From positions 5,508 through 69,507 of the forward strand of contig JAZNMZ010000061.1 of the NCBI GenBank assembly GCA_045580005.1: 64,000 nucleotides of DNA. Direction: 5' to 3'. Position 1 is the stretch's first letter. Each line of letters begins with the position of its first letter. Under the pieces are notes generated by a model. The model did no database searches. It had not been told where the DNA came from and was given only the letters and a program-made list of their open reading frames with translations. The DNA comes from Eubacteriales bacterium (GTDB taxonomy: Bacteria > Bacillota > Clostridia > Oscillospirales > CAG-382). Below are positions 42,417-52,028 of the stretch, one piece after another. The position numbers and the translations under genes are program-made.

Positions 42417-43391
42417 ATGACAAGTAACGAAGTAAAAAACGAACTTATAGAATTAAAAAACGACCGTTTTAATACAACAAAGTATTGGAATGACCTCAAT
42501 GGTGGAGATGCAACTTTATCTAATTGGGGGCTTGCAGATAGTGAATCTAACAACGCCTCCAATAGGTATGGTGATGCAGAAGAATGCTATGGGTTTGCGT
42601 TGTTTTTGGCACACTATCTTTTTGGATCACAATTGGAATACGATAATATCAATGATACATGTGACGGTCATCCAGTGATTGGTGCGGGAGAGTGGACACT
42701 ATACAAGAGCGACCTTCAAAGCTTTCCCATTCAACCGGGAGATATTATTAGAACATACAGCGGACACTCGGCGATGGTAAGAGAAGTTTGTGGGGATGGC
42801 AATTTCAAGGTAGCAGAATGTTTAGGCAATGGTAAATGTAGAGTGGCGTGGGATTATTGGAGTGGCAACAATGAAGATCACCCTGTTAGCATAGCAACTG
42901 TTCTGGCCGATGCAAGATATATTTTGAAAGCGCCTACCGAGGATGCTATTGCTCCAGAAGTTGATAATACAACTTATAAAATTACGAATGTTGGAGCATC
43001 AAAATGTCTGAATATTAGAGGCAACAACCTGTTTATTCTGGATAATGCGATTAATGTTGTGTCGTGGCATGATACCGGATCTAACGAACAGAAATGGGTT
43101 GTCTATGAACTAGATGAAAATACACATATCAGATCGGCTATAGATAAGTCATTTGGTTTGAATGTTTATCGTTCTGGCAGCCCTTTCAATTGTAATATTC
43201 GCAAAATTGCAGGTAATGAAACAGATGCGAGTGTTGACATAATAGCTGACGGAGAATCGTATAAGGTTAAACTTCACAACTATGATTTGTATCTTACTGT
43301 AGGAAACAGTAATAACGATTCTAATATCTATTGGGATTCTGCTTCTGATAGTGATTATCAGAAATGGATTTTTACCGAGATCAATTTTTAA
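42417..43391 (+). CDS. leaderless Cys-His (CHAP/NlpC-P60-like) amidase/peptidase fused to a ricin-type beta-trefoil lectin
   Basis: 324 aa with no signal peptide. Candidate catalytic Cys is in EECYGFALFLAHYLFG and His in PGDIIRTYSGHSAMV. The C-terminus has QxW repeats (EQKWVVYE, YQKWIFTE). Confidence 0.65.
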   Translation: MTSNEVKNELIELKNDRFNTTKYWNDLNGGDATLSNWGLADSESNNASNRYGDAEECYGFALFLAHYLFGSQLEYDNINDTCDGHPVIGAGEWTLYKSDLQSFPIQPGDIIRTYSGHSAMVREVCGDGNFKVAECLGNGKCRVAWDYWSGNNEDHPVSIATVLADARYILKAPTEDAIAPEVDNTTYKITNVGASKCLNIRGNNLFILDNAINVVSWHDTGSNEQKWVVYELDENTHIRSAIDKSFGLNVYRSGSPFNCNIRKIAGNETDASVDIIADGESYKVKLHNYDLYLTVGNSNNDSNIYWDSASDSDYQKWIFTEINF

Positions 43392-43584
43392 TTAAAATCA
43401 CTATATATGATTCAATGGACTAAATATGGTGTGCTTAGCGTTTGAATTGTAGATAGTAAAGGCATGACGGTTTTGATTTTATGTCACAATCGTCATGCCG
43501 CATTTTAATTAAGATGTTTTGATAATTCTTGATTTGGTGGTTTCGTGTATTTATATTCGTGTTTTGTATATGTGGAATTTTCTC

Positions 43585-43613
43585 TTGCATTTTGTTAATT
43601 AATGTGATATAAT
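43585..43613 (+). promoter_or_regulatory. sigma-A promoter TTGCAT-17-TATAAT (extended -10 TGA)
   Basis: TTGCAT at 43585-43590 and TATAAT at 43608-43613. Confidence 0.6.
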
Positions 43614-43657
43614 AGTATTAAGAAAATTTAACCAAACACATGAAAGGGATATTTTGC

Positions 43658-44236
43658 ATGCTACCGATCATACTGGCGATCAGAGATGAAGAAGATAGAA
43701 ACTTTGTGTCCGGAATTTACGAAGATTACGGAAAGCAACTATATAAAACAGTTTTTAGTATTTTGAATAGTAACGAAGATGCAGAGGATTGTGTTCACGA
43801 TGTAATAGTAGCTCTCATCGATAATTTGGAAAAAATTAGAACATTCGAATCCAATCATCAAATTAAATATATTATAAAATGCTGTCGGAATATTGCTCTT
43901 AACAGGTATCGCGCAAATAGCGTTAAATCAAGTTCGGAGTTTTCAACATCATATTCAGAAGAAGAAGGGGAGATGGATATTCCCGATGATAATTCTGATG
44001 TTGCATTGCTGGTTGTTGATGCAGAAAACAATAAGCGACTGATTACTCTTATTCAAGATTTGCCGGAAATATATAGTGATGCGCTGTATTTTAGGTTTTA
44101 TATCGGAATGACAAATGGTGAGATAGCTAAAATGCTTGGAATTACTATTCACGCAGTAGAAATTAGAGTAAGCAAAGCCAAAGCAATGTTGCGAAAGATG
44201 AAAGGAGATGAGCTGAATGACATTCGCAGAAAATGA
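43658..44236 (+). CDS. ECF-type sigma-70 family RNA polymerase sigma factor
   Basis: About 192 aa from ATG 43658. Region 2 is EDAEDCVHDVIVAL..KYIIKCCRNIALNRYR. Region 4 is LPEIYSDALYFRFYIGMTNGEIAKMLGITIHAVEIRVSKAK. Confidence 0.85.
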   Translation: MLPIILAIRDEEDRNFVSGIYEDYGKQLYKTVFSILNSNEDAEDCVHDVIVALIDNLEKIRTFESNHQIKYIIKCCRNIALNRYRANSVKSSSEFSTSYSEEEGEMDIPDDNSDVALLVVDAENNKRLITLIQDLPEIYSDALYFRFYIGMTNGEIAKMLGITIHAVEIRVSKAKAMLRKMKGDELNDIRRK

Positions 44237-47177
44237 AAAATTAGAATGTTTGATCAAATTGACTTACATAGACGATGATATGTCCGATGTTAAGGCGTTT
44301 AAAGCTATGGATGTTTCTGATGTTGTTTTAAGTGATAAATTAAACAAAAGAGTAGATAAGCTGATTAATAAATCCAATCATAATAAAAGAATTATGATAA
44401 AGAAAAGTACAGTGAGACTCTTGGTAGCTGCAGTTATCATGGCTACACTGATTATTGCATCCATCCTTAGTATTTCCGCTGTTCGTGATGCAATAAGAAA
44501 TGCAATAGTTGATTTTTTTGAAGAATATGTGTCCGTTCACTTTATACCGCAAAGCGATAATGCTGAATCCACAAGCGATGAGTTACCTTCGGCAGATGCA
44601 ACAAGTGTTGAAACATTGTCTAATTTGAATTCAATTCAAGAATATAAGCGTCCAAAACTTCCTGAAGAATATAACATGGTTGAATTAATGAAAACCAGCG
44701 GCATGTATTGCTTTGAAATCTATCTGAATGATGTAGATTCGGTTAACGCGGATGATTTGTATTCGGTCACGATTGACAACGGAGACGGAACCCAGACAGT
44801 AAATATTTTTCAGCAGCCCATAAAGTATATTGACGAAGACGGCTCAATCAAGTTCCGCACAAATTCGTTGGAGCGAATTTCCTCAAATTCGATATTCTCA
44901 ACCAAGAATAGTACTTACACATACAAGAATGAAGAAGGCGAAGTAAAGACATATTATTCGGATAAAATTGAAAACGGCGTTAGCATAGTGTACAATGATT
45001 ATGCAATAGCAATTCAGCCGCTTACAGATTCATCAAAGTACCCAGATATAAGCACATTGATGGGTATAGAAGCGGTTGGAGAAGCCGTGGATACATCAAA
45101 GGCTGTTTCTATTGTTCCAACACAGGATGATGTAAAAACACAGGATGTGACTTTTTCATGCGATAATAGCAAGATAATGTACCATAATGTTTTAACAAAC
45201 GGAATTACATATGAATATATGCCCATTCCTAACGGAATCAAGGAAAATATTATTTTGAGTAAATACAGTGGTTTTAATGCCTTTAGATTCGTTATGAATT
45301 TCGGAGAATTGGTTCCGGAAGTACTCGCTGTAAGAGGAGACAGTATTAGATTGTATGATCCGAATGATCCTGATGCAGAAGGAATGATTATTTCCCCGAC
45401 ATATGCATATGATGCTGTTGGACGATTCTCCTACGATCATGCAATGTACTTGACGGAAACCGATGTCGAGGGACAGTATATTTTGACACTTGTAGTTGAT
45501 CGCGAATTTCTTGAAAGTGCTGACACAGTATACCCTGTTACAATTGATCCGACTGTATACCCCGAGCATACTGACGGTGTTGCAGATACCTTTATATCAA
45601 GCAATCATCCGACGATAAATTACAGTCATGCTGTGTTTATGCCCATTGGAAATGATGTGAACTATGCGCAATCTGAAGCATTTGTACAGCTTCAAAATAT
45701 AGAGAACTATAGTATTGATCCGCAATCTATAACAGAGGCAAAACTTGTTTTAAACTGTTATTTTACAACAGGAAATGAAAACAATCCGGTATTGATTTAT
45801 GGTTATAGTAACAACTCTAATGTAGATATATCTAATGTAACATGGGCGAATAGACCATCTAATGTATCCGGAACCCCATATGGATCTATTGCCGGAAATC
45901 CGCTCTCGATTCAAGGAACCAACCTCGTACAGATGCATATAACTGAGCTGGTTAGAGATTGGTTTTTATTTAAGAGCAATGATGGCGGACAGTCGTATTT
46001 GAATTCCATAAGGTTGAGGATGGAAAACGACACCACAGAAACTCATTATGCAACTTTCAGAACAACAGAATGGAATAATGGTAATTATCCGTATTTTTCT
46101 ATTACATATATGAATACGGCTCCTAACTTGATTAGCGGCAAGTATTATTATTTGAAGAATAAAATGACGGGGCAATATTTATCCATTCAAGACAACGTGA
46201 GTACCGATGAGGATATTGTACAAAAGTTTGATTCCGGTGACGATGGGCAGAAGTGGAAGATTGTTCTTATCGGGGAGAACGAATATAAACTGGTATCCAA
46301 ATTGCATTCCGGGAAAGCGTTGTGTGCGGCTACGGGCGATGATGTAATATTTAATACATATGTGAGTAACTCTAATGGAGATTTTATAATAGAAAGAAAC
46401 ACCGATGGTTACTCATACAGAATTATCGCGGCTAATATGCAAGGTGATATGGCGATTTCTGTCAATGGAGAGAATTACTCGGAAAATACCGAAATTGTAC
46501 TCATAGCATATGTTGATGGTCAAGAACTATCTGAATGGATATTTGAACCTGTAGATTATTTTTCAAAAGAACTTTTACTCCAATATGCGCTTAATAATGA
46601 TGATGACATACCTGAGAACGTTCCCGGTATGTATCCATGGCTCAATCAAAAGGATTCGAATATATTAACTCCAAATAGGTATGATGATGCTGACTGTGCC
46701 AACTTCGTTTCTCAGTGTTTGCTGGCAGGAGGAGTAAACTTCGAGGGTCGCTGGTGGATTTACAAGCTTAATGATGATAATCCCTATCCTACCCTAAGTG
46801 ATCATTTTAATAATAGTTGGAAAGTTGATGATTCTGATGATAATAATCCATGGATAAGTGCCAAAGGCTTTGATGAATATTGGAGAGATCGGGTAGCGCA
46901 TCAAGATTTTACTACAGGTCAGTTATTGGCAGATGATAAACCCGAGGGATTGTATAATTTTGAAGTGGGCGATGTTATTATGGTGATGGAAAATGGCATT
47001 GGTACTCATGCAATGATAATAACTCGCGCCCCGGAAGATTATAGAAATGAAGATGAAGTATTATATCTTTCGGGCCATACTAATTTCAGAATGGACGAGA
47101 GCTTTCGTGATATTTTAGAAGATATGAATACTAACACGGTATTCAGATTTTATAACTTCCATGATATAAAGGGGTAA
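44217..47177 (+). CDS. anti-sigma-like membrane protein fused to extracellular DNRLRE-like, ricin-lectin and Amidase_6-type domains
   Basis: 986 aa overlapping the sigma gene by 20 nt. A short cytoplasmic N-terminus is followed by one TM (LLVAAVIMATLIIASILSI). Extracellular motifs are ADTFISSNHPTINY (DNRLRE-like), a ricin-like segment with GQKWKIV, and C-terminal DCANFVSQCLLAGG...GDVIMVMENGIGTHAMII (Cys-His amidase). Confidence 0.7.
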   Translation: MTFAENEKLECLIKLTYIDDDMSDVKAFKAMDVSDVVLSDKLNKRVDKLINKSNHNKRIMIKKSTVRLLVAAVIMATLIIASILSISAVRDAIRNAIVDFFEEYVSVHFIPQSDNAESTSDELPSADATSVETLSNLNSIQEYKRPKLPEEYNMVELMKTSGMYCFEIYLNDVDSVNADDLYSVTIDNGDGTQTVNIFQQPIKYIDEDGSIKFRTNSLERISSNSIFSTKNSTYTYKNEEGEVKTYYSDKIENGVSIVYNDYAIAIQPLTDSSKYPDISTLMGIEAVGEAVDTSKAVSIVPTQDDVKTQDVTFSCDNSKIMYHNVLTNGITYEYMPIPNGIKENIILSKYSGFNAFRFVMNFGELVPEVLAVRGDSIRLYDPNDPDAEGMIISPTYAYDAVGRFSYDHAMYLTETDVEGQYILTLVVDREFLESADTVYPVTIDPTVYPEHTDGVADTFISSNHPTINYSHAVFMPIGNDVNYAQSEAFVQLQNIENYSIDPQSITEAKLVLNCYFTTGNENNPVLIYGYSNNSNVDISNVTWANRPSNVSGTPYGSIAGNPLSIQGTNLVQMHITELVRDWFLFKSNDGGQSYLNSIRLRMENDTTETHYATFRTTEWNNGNYPYFSITYMNTAPNLISGKYYYLKNKMTGQYLSIQDNVSTDEDIVQKFDSGDDGQKWKIVLIGENEYKLVSKLHSGKALCAATGDDVIFNTYVSNSNGDFIIERNTDGYSYRIIAANMQGDMAISVNGENYSENTEIVLIAYVDGQELSEWIFEPVDYFSKELLLQYALNNDDDIPENVPGMYPWLNQKDSNILTPNRYDDADCANFVSQCLLAGGVNFEGRWWIYKLNDDNPYPTLSDHFNNSWKVDDSDDNNPWISAKGFDEYWRDRVAHQDFTTGQLLADDKPEGLYNFEVGDVIMVMENGIGTHAMIITRAPEDYRNEDEVLYLSGHTNFRMDESFRDILEDMNTNTVFRFYNFHDIKG

Positions 47178-47593
47178 TGAAAATGAATAACAAGGTTAAA
47201 AAGAAGCACACCGTCACTCGTATTATTGTAATTGCAGCATCGTTATTGTTGGCATTGGCTATTATTGGGTTGCTTCTTCCTCTGATCTTCCTACCGATCG
47301 TTGATTACGGTGATTCTCAACTTTATTCAAAGACCGAAATGGATGAGGTCATTGATATGTTTTCGAATGGACTAGGCGTAGTTACAATAAAATACTTAGG
47401 GGATGAACGCTGTGAAAAGGAATTAGAACGCTACCAAGCTAAAGACGGTAAAGAATATACAGATTGTATGGTTTTTTATTACACATTTATCAGAGGGACC
47501 TTTCGGGATTTTCCTTTTTATGATTGGGCTGATATTGTTTTTCTCAAAGAAGGCAATAATGACTGGTTTCAAAGAAACGGCGGAAAGTGTTGA
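47177..47593 (+). CDS. N-terminally anchored small protein (possible cognate partner or immunity protein)
   Basis: 138 aa with a start overlapping the stop of the upstream gene (TAATG) and one TM. A degenerate inverted copy of its 3' end lies at ~52733-52800. Confidence 0.5.
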   Translation: MKMNNKVKKKHTVTRIIVIAASLLLALAIIGLLLPLIFLPIVDYGDSQLYSKTEMDEVIDMFSNGLGVVTIKYLGDERCEKELERYQAKDGKEYTDCMVFYYTFIRGTFRDFPFYDWADIVFLKEGNNDWFQRNGGKC

Positions 47594-47694
47594 TAGTGCT
47601 ATGTAAAATCAGAATCAAAGTTTTCACCAAATGGGTGATGTAATAGTAAAATGAATCTCTCGTCGAGAAATTGAATCCATCAATGCAATGATAT
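47591..47694. repeat. left arm of a long inverted repeat (partner 52545-52737)
   Basis: My hand alignment shows its reverse complement matches 52545-52593 and 52674-52737, with a few mismatches. Confidence 0.8.
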
Positions 47695-47866
47695 GGAGCG
47701 AGCCTTAAAGATCAGCCTTGCTCTCGAAGGAGATGATGAGTGATCCGCCCGTTCTTAGGATCGATTCGGAATTTGAGTCGATAATACCGCCTCTTGATGA
47801 GGAAGAATTCAGGCAGCTGGCAGATAATATTCTGCGTGACGGTGAGATATATCATCCTAACACTGA
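47690..47866 (+). repeat. direct repeat copy A (mazF 3' end plus parB-like 5' end; partner 58722-58898)
   Basis: About 175 bp with 6 substitutions relative to copy B by my hand alignment. Homology ends at 47866. Confidence 0.85.
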
Positions 47867-47930
47867 TCACGGTCGGAGATACGACTCGAAACAACTGCAC
47901 GCAGTCTGTATGAGAGCGCGGCGTTTTTGA
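47712..47930 (+). pseudogene. truncated parB-like gene fragment
   Basis: The first ~50 codons ([42 protein letters not shown]) match the intact gene at 58742. After that it diverges, lacks the DGHHR motif and stops. Confidence 0.7.
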
Positions 47931-48050
47931 TTTTCCGTTACGCTACGCTCCACTCCAAATCAAAAACGGATTATCTGTAATCTGAAAAAAATCAAAAAAT
48001 ATTATGTTTGTTTTGTCCATAAAAGGACGGAAAGGTCAGTAAATTATTCA

Positions 48051-48782
48051 ATGAAAAACATGAAATATGTAGTGCTTGTAAGTTTTATTGTTATGACCGT
48101 TTTTCTTACATCATGTAGTAATGTTGCAGGCATAGATGAATCTGTTTCGGTTGGAAATATGACAGTTACTGTAACCGATATATATACAGAAAATCAGTAT
48201 ACATATATGATAGCTCGGTTGACATTTAATACTCCGGGATCTTATATAGACGGAGTTTTTACAAGTTGTAATGTTGTTGGGAATGGCAATGGCGGTTATA
48301 GCTTTGATTTGATTGGATATAATAAAGAAGAACAAACTCAAACATATTTAGTTCAGTATCATCCAACACCCAAATCTAAAAAAATCGTCATGGAGCTTGG
48401 TTCCTACAGGTCACAAATAAATCCGTTGGAATTGATATCCGATGCAAGATTTAAATTCTCAATAGATCTTTCGGAAAGCAGTGTGCCCATAAAAACCGTT
48501 GAAATTAATGATCAAGTGATATCTCGAATTCAAATTTTCAGAGATCTTATTATTATTGAATCCGCAAGAATTGATAATAAATATGCCGATTTGAAGGGAT
48601 ACGATATCGAAGTGTGCAGTATCGACGATACTGAAATCGCTGTTGGCATTAATACTTTGGATTTGGATAAAAGCGCACATAAAGCATATTTGCTATTAAA
48701 TGACGAAGTTGAGGATCAAACTTCAATAGAAATCCTAATTAATGAAAAAACTTATTTAATTAACTTATCTGAAGGAGAATAG
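48051..48782 (+). CDS. lipoprotein of unknown function
   Basis: 243 aa with signal peptide and lipobox LTSC. Confidence 0.6.
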   Translation: MKNMKYVVLVSFIVMTVFLTSCSNVAGIDESVSVGNMTVTVTDIYTENQYTYMIARLTFNTPGSYIDGVFTSCNVVGNGNGGYSFDLIGYNKEEQTQTYLVQYHPTPKSKKIVMELGSYRSQINPLELISDARFKFSIDLSESSVPIKTVEINDQVISRIQIFRDLIIIESARIDNKYADLKGYDIEVCSIDDTEIAVGINTLDLDKSAHKAYLLLNDEVEDQTSIEILINEKTYLINLSEGE

Positions 48783-48784
48783 TT

Positions 48785-50305
48785 ATGAAATTGAGATCTA
48801 ATAAGTATATAAGAATTGCCACATTTCTGATAGCCGTAATTATGTGTATTCTGACAATTCCTGCTAATGCGCTTGATTCGGTTAGAATGGAAAAACAGTA
48901 TTATGCAGATATAGCATATGGAAAAATATTTATAGATGGGGTGAATCAACCGATAAGAACCAGCTCGCAGCTTGATACTCAAATAGAAAATGTCGGTATA
49001 TACAATCGTGATGATATGTATATATTGAAATTCGGTTATGAAAATACGGAGTTTGAAATCGAATGTAAATCGGTAGAAGCCAAAGCCAATAATGAAAATT
49101 CTGATCATTACTTGTTTTCACCCATTGGATTTTCTTCTGACATGTTTAATTGTGTTTCGATAAGCTTTACCACTTCCGCCAATATACATGATTTAATGTC
49201 AGTAAATTCTAACTTTGTCGGAACCCCGGTGCTGTCCATTATATTTGAAAATAAAGATAACTCCGATGTATATTATTGGCAAGCACAGTTACTTTCAACA
49301 TCAAGGACACTTATAAATATGAGAGTGAGCACTCTCACATCAGATATAGAAGCCGCTAACGAGTTCTATTATATCAAAGATACAGAGCGAATAGATAGTA
49401 TTGATATATCAAATTATGATGGTTTGGATATTGCCTCGGAAGAAAGATGCGATGAACTAAAAGAAGAATTAGAAGCAAACGAGAACTCAAGGGTATTAGA
49501 TTACGACAATCCCTATTTATCTTTGGGTATTCCTAATAGCATTTTTACAACTGCTACTGAAACTTGGAGATGGTTAACACCAGATCGAGATGAAAATGGT
49601 CAATATCTGCCGATTTATTATTATGCTTACTCGTATACGAAGTATGGTAATCCTAATATAATGACTCATATAATGATATTGGAGTGGTTGTTTAGAACGC
49701 CGGCGTCACATTCATATACAATCGAAAACGGAGTTACTTATGCTAGCTTTGAAGGAATGTTCAGAATTGAAATGTTTAGGGATCCCGATACCGTGGTCTA
49801 TTACACAGATACAGGACTATTTGACTATATGGAAGGAGGTAAGTTTTTGACACAAATCGATACCCCTTCTGTTGAGCTTAAAAAAACTAGCACCAACATT
49901 CCGCATGTTGTAACCGGACGATATGAATTTAGTAACGCTGATAACGCCAGTATTTGGCCATTGGCTAACTTGGTATTGAAAGATGTAATGGTTGGAATTT
50001 TGGATGCTACTGGTTATGGGTATTTAGGCGCACTTGTTAACATAGTCGATTTGATTGCAAATCCTAGTGATGCTATTGGCGCAAGTGAAGCCAGTGAGCC
50101 TTTTGAGGTATACTCAAGCAGTTTTTATGTTCAGCAACAAAGATATGGACATGCCATGGGAAGCATAAAATCGGCAGTAAATGGCTACTTGAATATTGAG
50201 GGCCATTTTTTAGGCAGTAGGGTTTGGTTTGCAACTCCAGAAACATACGGGGCGAGTGTAAAACAAATAACAGGAGTTGCTTATGTTTCTCCTTCTTATA
50301 CATAA
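48785..50305 (+). CDS. secreted protein of unknown function
   Basis: 506 aa with signal peptide ..LTIPANA/LD. Begins 2 nt after the lipoprotein gene stop. Confidence 0.6.
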   Translation: MKLRSNKYIRIATFLIAVIMCILTIPANALDSVRMEKQYYADIAYGKIFIDGVNQPIRTSSQLDTQIENVGIYNRDDMYILKFGYENTEFEIECKSVEAKANNENSDHYLFSPIGFSSDMFNCVSISFTTSANIHDLMSVNSNFVGTPVLSIIFENKDNSDVYYWQAQLLSTSRTLINMRVSTLTSDIEAANEFYYIKDTERIDSIDISNYDGLDIASEERCDELKEELEANENSRVLDYDNPYLSLGIPNSIFTTATETWRWLTPDRDENGQYLPIYYYAYSYTKYGNPNIMTHIMILEWLFRTPASHSYTIENGVTYASFEGMFRIEMFRDPDTVVYYTDTGLFDYMEGGKFLTQIDTPSVELKKTSTNIPHVVTGRYEFSNADNASIWPLANLVLKDVMVGILDATGYGYLGALVNIVDLIANPSDAIGASEASEPFEVYSSSFYVQQQRYGHAMGSIKSAVNGYLNIEGHFLGSRVWFATPETYGASVKQITGVAYVSPSYT

Positions 50306-50339
50306 ATAAAGTGTTTGTAGCTTAGCTTGTACTCTATAT

Positions 50340-50382
50340 AAATCTCCCACTAAATTGAAACTTCCAATTTGGTGGGAGATTT
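50340..50382. terminator. bidirectional terminator between convergent genes
   Basis: AAATCTCCCACTAAATTG / CAATTTGGTGGGAGATTT (18-bp arms with one mismatch), flanked by A- and T-rich runs. Confidence 0.8.
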
Positions 50383-50423
50383 ATTCACGCTATATTATCT
50401 ATGTCACAACCTCAAATTTATAT

Positions 50424-52025
50424 TTATAAAAGCACAAGCTCATCCTTACAATCTCCGTTTATATCCCCTATAGAATATCCATAAGACCTTTCTCTCGTCA
50501 GATTCAAAAGATTGGCTGCATCAAATATTGAATCGATCCACACAAGTTCTGTCTCATTTTCAAATTCAAAGCCATCAACATAGTTGCTCCATTCACCGAT
50601 AACATCAAGTTTTTTGAGAATTATATTTGTGATATCGGAATAAATGTTTAATATTGAATCATAACTGTTAAAATACTTGATTGCTGTATAATCATCGAAA
50701 GAGGACGTTTGATTATCGTCCGATTCAGATGTATTATTTTCAGTTTCAGTATCCGGAAGGACGGTATCGACGTAGACCCTTTCAATATCTTCTGCAGTTG
50801 AAGAAACATCTGCGTTTTCTGTAGTTTCCTCCGTATTTTCGTTCATGTCATTGCCATTGTCAACAGCACAGCCGACAACGGTTCCGACAACTATACAAAA
50901 AGCGAGAATAATCGTAATGAGCACGCGCCCTTTGAATTTGTTCTTCATATCGAGTATATTCATTATTCGAGTTTTGACGGCTTTTTTGTTTGGATTGAAG
51001 TGGGTCGTAAGCGCCGTGTTCTTTGGCTTGCATTTTCTTACTATCTCCAAAACAACATTTCCGTACGAACGGCGGACGGCTTCGTCCATTCCCCAAAGTA
51101 CACATTCATCGCAAGAAAGCTCCATCTCGTTATTGCAATGCTTTGCCGCGATATGAGCCAACGGGTTAAACCAATGTAATGTCCCCGCAAGCAGACAGAA
51201 CAGCTTCACCCAAATATCGCCGCGGCGGTAGTGGGTCAATTCATGCGCAAAAATGCCAGCAAGTGAATTTTCCGTAAGTTCGATATCGGGCAACAGTATC
51301 ACAGGCTTGAAATATCCGTAAAGAACGGGACTGTTCACATCGGAACACACATAAATACGCGGAGCTTTTTGGATCTTATATCTGCCGCACATTATATTGT
51401 AGACACTTTTTGTTTCAGCGGTGCAAAGGCTTTTCGCGCGATCGTACTTTCGTACGGTACTCAAATAACCTGCAATCCCGTATGTAAGGAAAGCAAGAGC
51501 CCCGACTTCCCAAACAATTACTATCAAAAGCGGTATATTGATCGGCTGCGGAATTTCGGGTATATCGGATGAGATAATCTTCGATTCCTCGGGAATTATT
51601 TCAACATCATCGGTCACCGTCGGAATATACGAAGGAAGATTTTCTATATTTTCATCAATGTTATTTGTTCCCTGAATGACGCCAAGCTGGTTATCGATCC
51701 CCGGCTGAACATCGGGAATAATAATATCCGGGTTTGAGATCTCATCATCAAAAACGGTGTGTGTATCGATTGGTTTCAAATCGCCTTTGGGAAGCTCGGA
51801 TGTGATCTCATCAAAATAAGGGAGATCGACTTGTACAACAAACAACGAAGGCATTTTAAACAAAACCACACCGATGCAAAGACTGAAGATCACTACCATC
51901 CATACACTGTAACGACATCTTGCAGAAAACTTATTTCCGAATACTCTCATAAACAACAAAATGAGCAATATTAAAGAAGACATGGCAGCAGTCAGCCATG
52001 TTAAATGAAGACAAAAATCAGTCAT
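50424..52025 (-). CDS. BlaR1/MecR1-family M56 peptidase signal transducer with a non-PBP C-terminal domain
   Basis: 533 aa with multiple TM helices and the zinc motif HELTHYRRGD. The extracellular C-terminus is acidic and low-complexity and ends ..GDINGDCKDELVLL. I saw no SxxK motif. Confidence 0.8.
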   Translation of the reverse strand: MTDFCLHLTWLTAAMSSLILLILLFMRVFGNKFSARCRYSVWMVVIFSLCIGVVLFKMPSLFVVQVDLPYFDEITSELPKGDLKPIDTHTVFDDEISNPDIIIPDVQPGIDNQLGVIQGTNNIDENIENLPSYIPTVTDDVEIIPEESKIISSDIPEIPQPINIPLLIVIVWEVGALAFLTYGIAGYLSTVRKYDRAKSLCTAETKSVYNIMCGRYKIQKAPRIYVCSDVNSPVLYGYFKPVILLPDIELTENSLAGIFAHELTHYRRGDIWVKLFCLLAGTLHWFNPLAHIAAKHCNNEMELSCDECVLWGMDEAVRRSYGNVVLEIVRKCKPKNTALTTHFNPNKKAVKTRIMNILDMKNKFKGRVLITIILAFCIVVGTVVGCAVDNGNDMNENTEETTENADVSSTAEDIERVYVDTVLPDTETENNTSESDDNQTSSFDDYTAIKYFNSYDSILNIYSDITNIILKKLDVIGEWSNYVDGFEFENETELVWIDSIFDAANLLNLTRERSYGYSIGDINGDCKDELVLL

Positions 52026-52028
52026 TTT

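Noticed and set aside
47690-47866. Diversity-generating retroelement template/variable repeat pair.
   Set aside because: The six mismatches are mixed transitions and a dinucleotide change, not adenine-specific. No reverse transcriptase gene is present in the window.
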